A stretch of DNA of 64,000 nt from the human T2T-CHM13v2.0 reference genome, Homo sapiens. Of this stretch, positions 63,801 through 64,000 are shown piece after piece. The stretch is taken from assembly GCF_009914755.1 (NCBI RefSeq), contig NC_060926.1. One strand, written 5' to 3'. The position numbers and the translations under genes are program-made. The stretch's first letter is position 1, and the number at the start of each line of letters is the position of its first letter. The notes beneath the pieces were generated by a model, which saw only the letters and a list, made by a program, of their open reading frames with translations, searched no databases and had not been told where the DNA came from.

Positions 63801-64000
63801 CACTTGCTTTTCTGTGGGCAGTAAAGGGTACTAAAAGATGTATTTTATAAAAAGTGTATTTTAAGCCAAATAATTCAGCACCACAAGTGAAAATTATTGG
63901 CATTTTATACTGGTGTTTTTAAACATGTAGAGAAGTGCAGATACAACCCTTTTTCTGCTTTATGATTGTTGGACTTTTCAGTCTATGAGCTTGTGATAGT

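Overview
Primate (most likely human) genomic DNA, not prokaryotic. The window holds the middle of SLC4A10 (Na+-coupled bicarbonate transporter NCBE/NBCn2) on the + strand. Ten GT-AG coding exons, probably exons 6-15, splice into one open frame (DMVLDQQ...NDLELLTQYS) covering the end of the cytoplasmic N-terminal domain and the first transmembrane segments. They include a NAGNAG acceptor (+/- Ala) and a 30-aa in-frame cassette exon. The rest is intron with Alus, a 5.1-kb 5'-truncated L1, a twin-primed inverted L1, two near-identical L1 3' ends, two ERV1 solo LTRs, MaLR LTRs, hAT/Tigger DNA transposons and L2/MIR relics. I see no evidence of a new biological system. The best leads are splicing architecture (a regenerated donor at the exon 10/11 junction, a motif cluster and inverted Alus around the cassette exon, candidate cryptic acceptors) and DNA-repair or transposition scars (a 66-bp templated insertion, fold-back palindromes, nested elements). 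Gene identity, exon numbers and repeat subfamily names come from recalled sequences, not from database searches.
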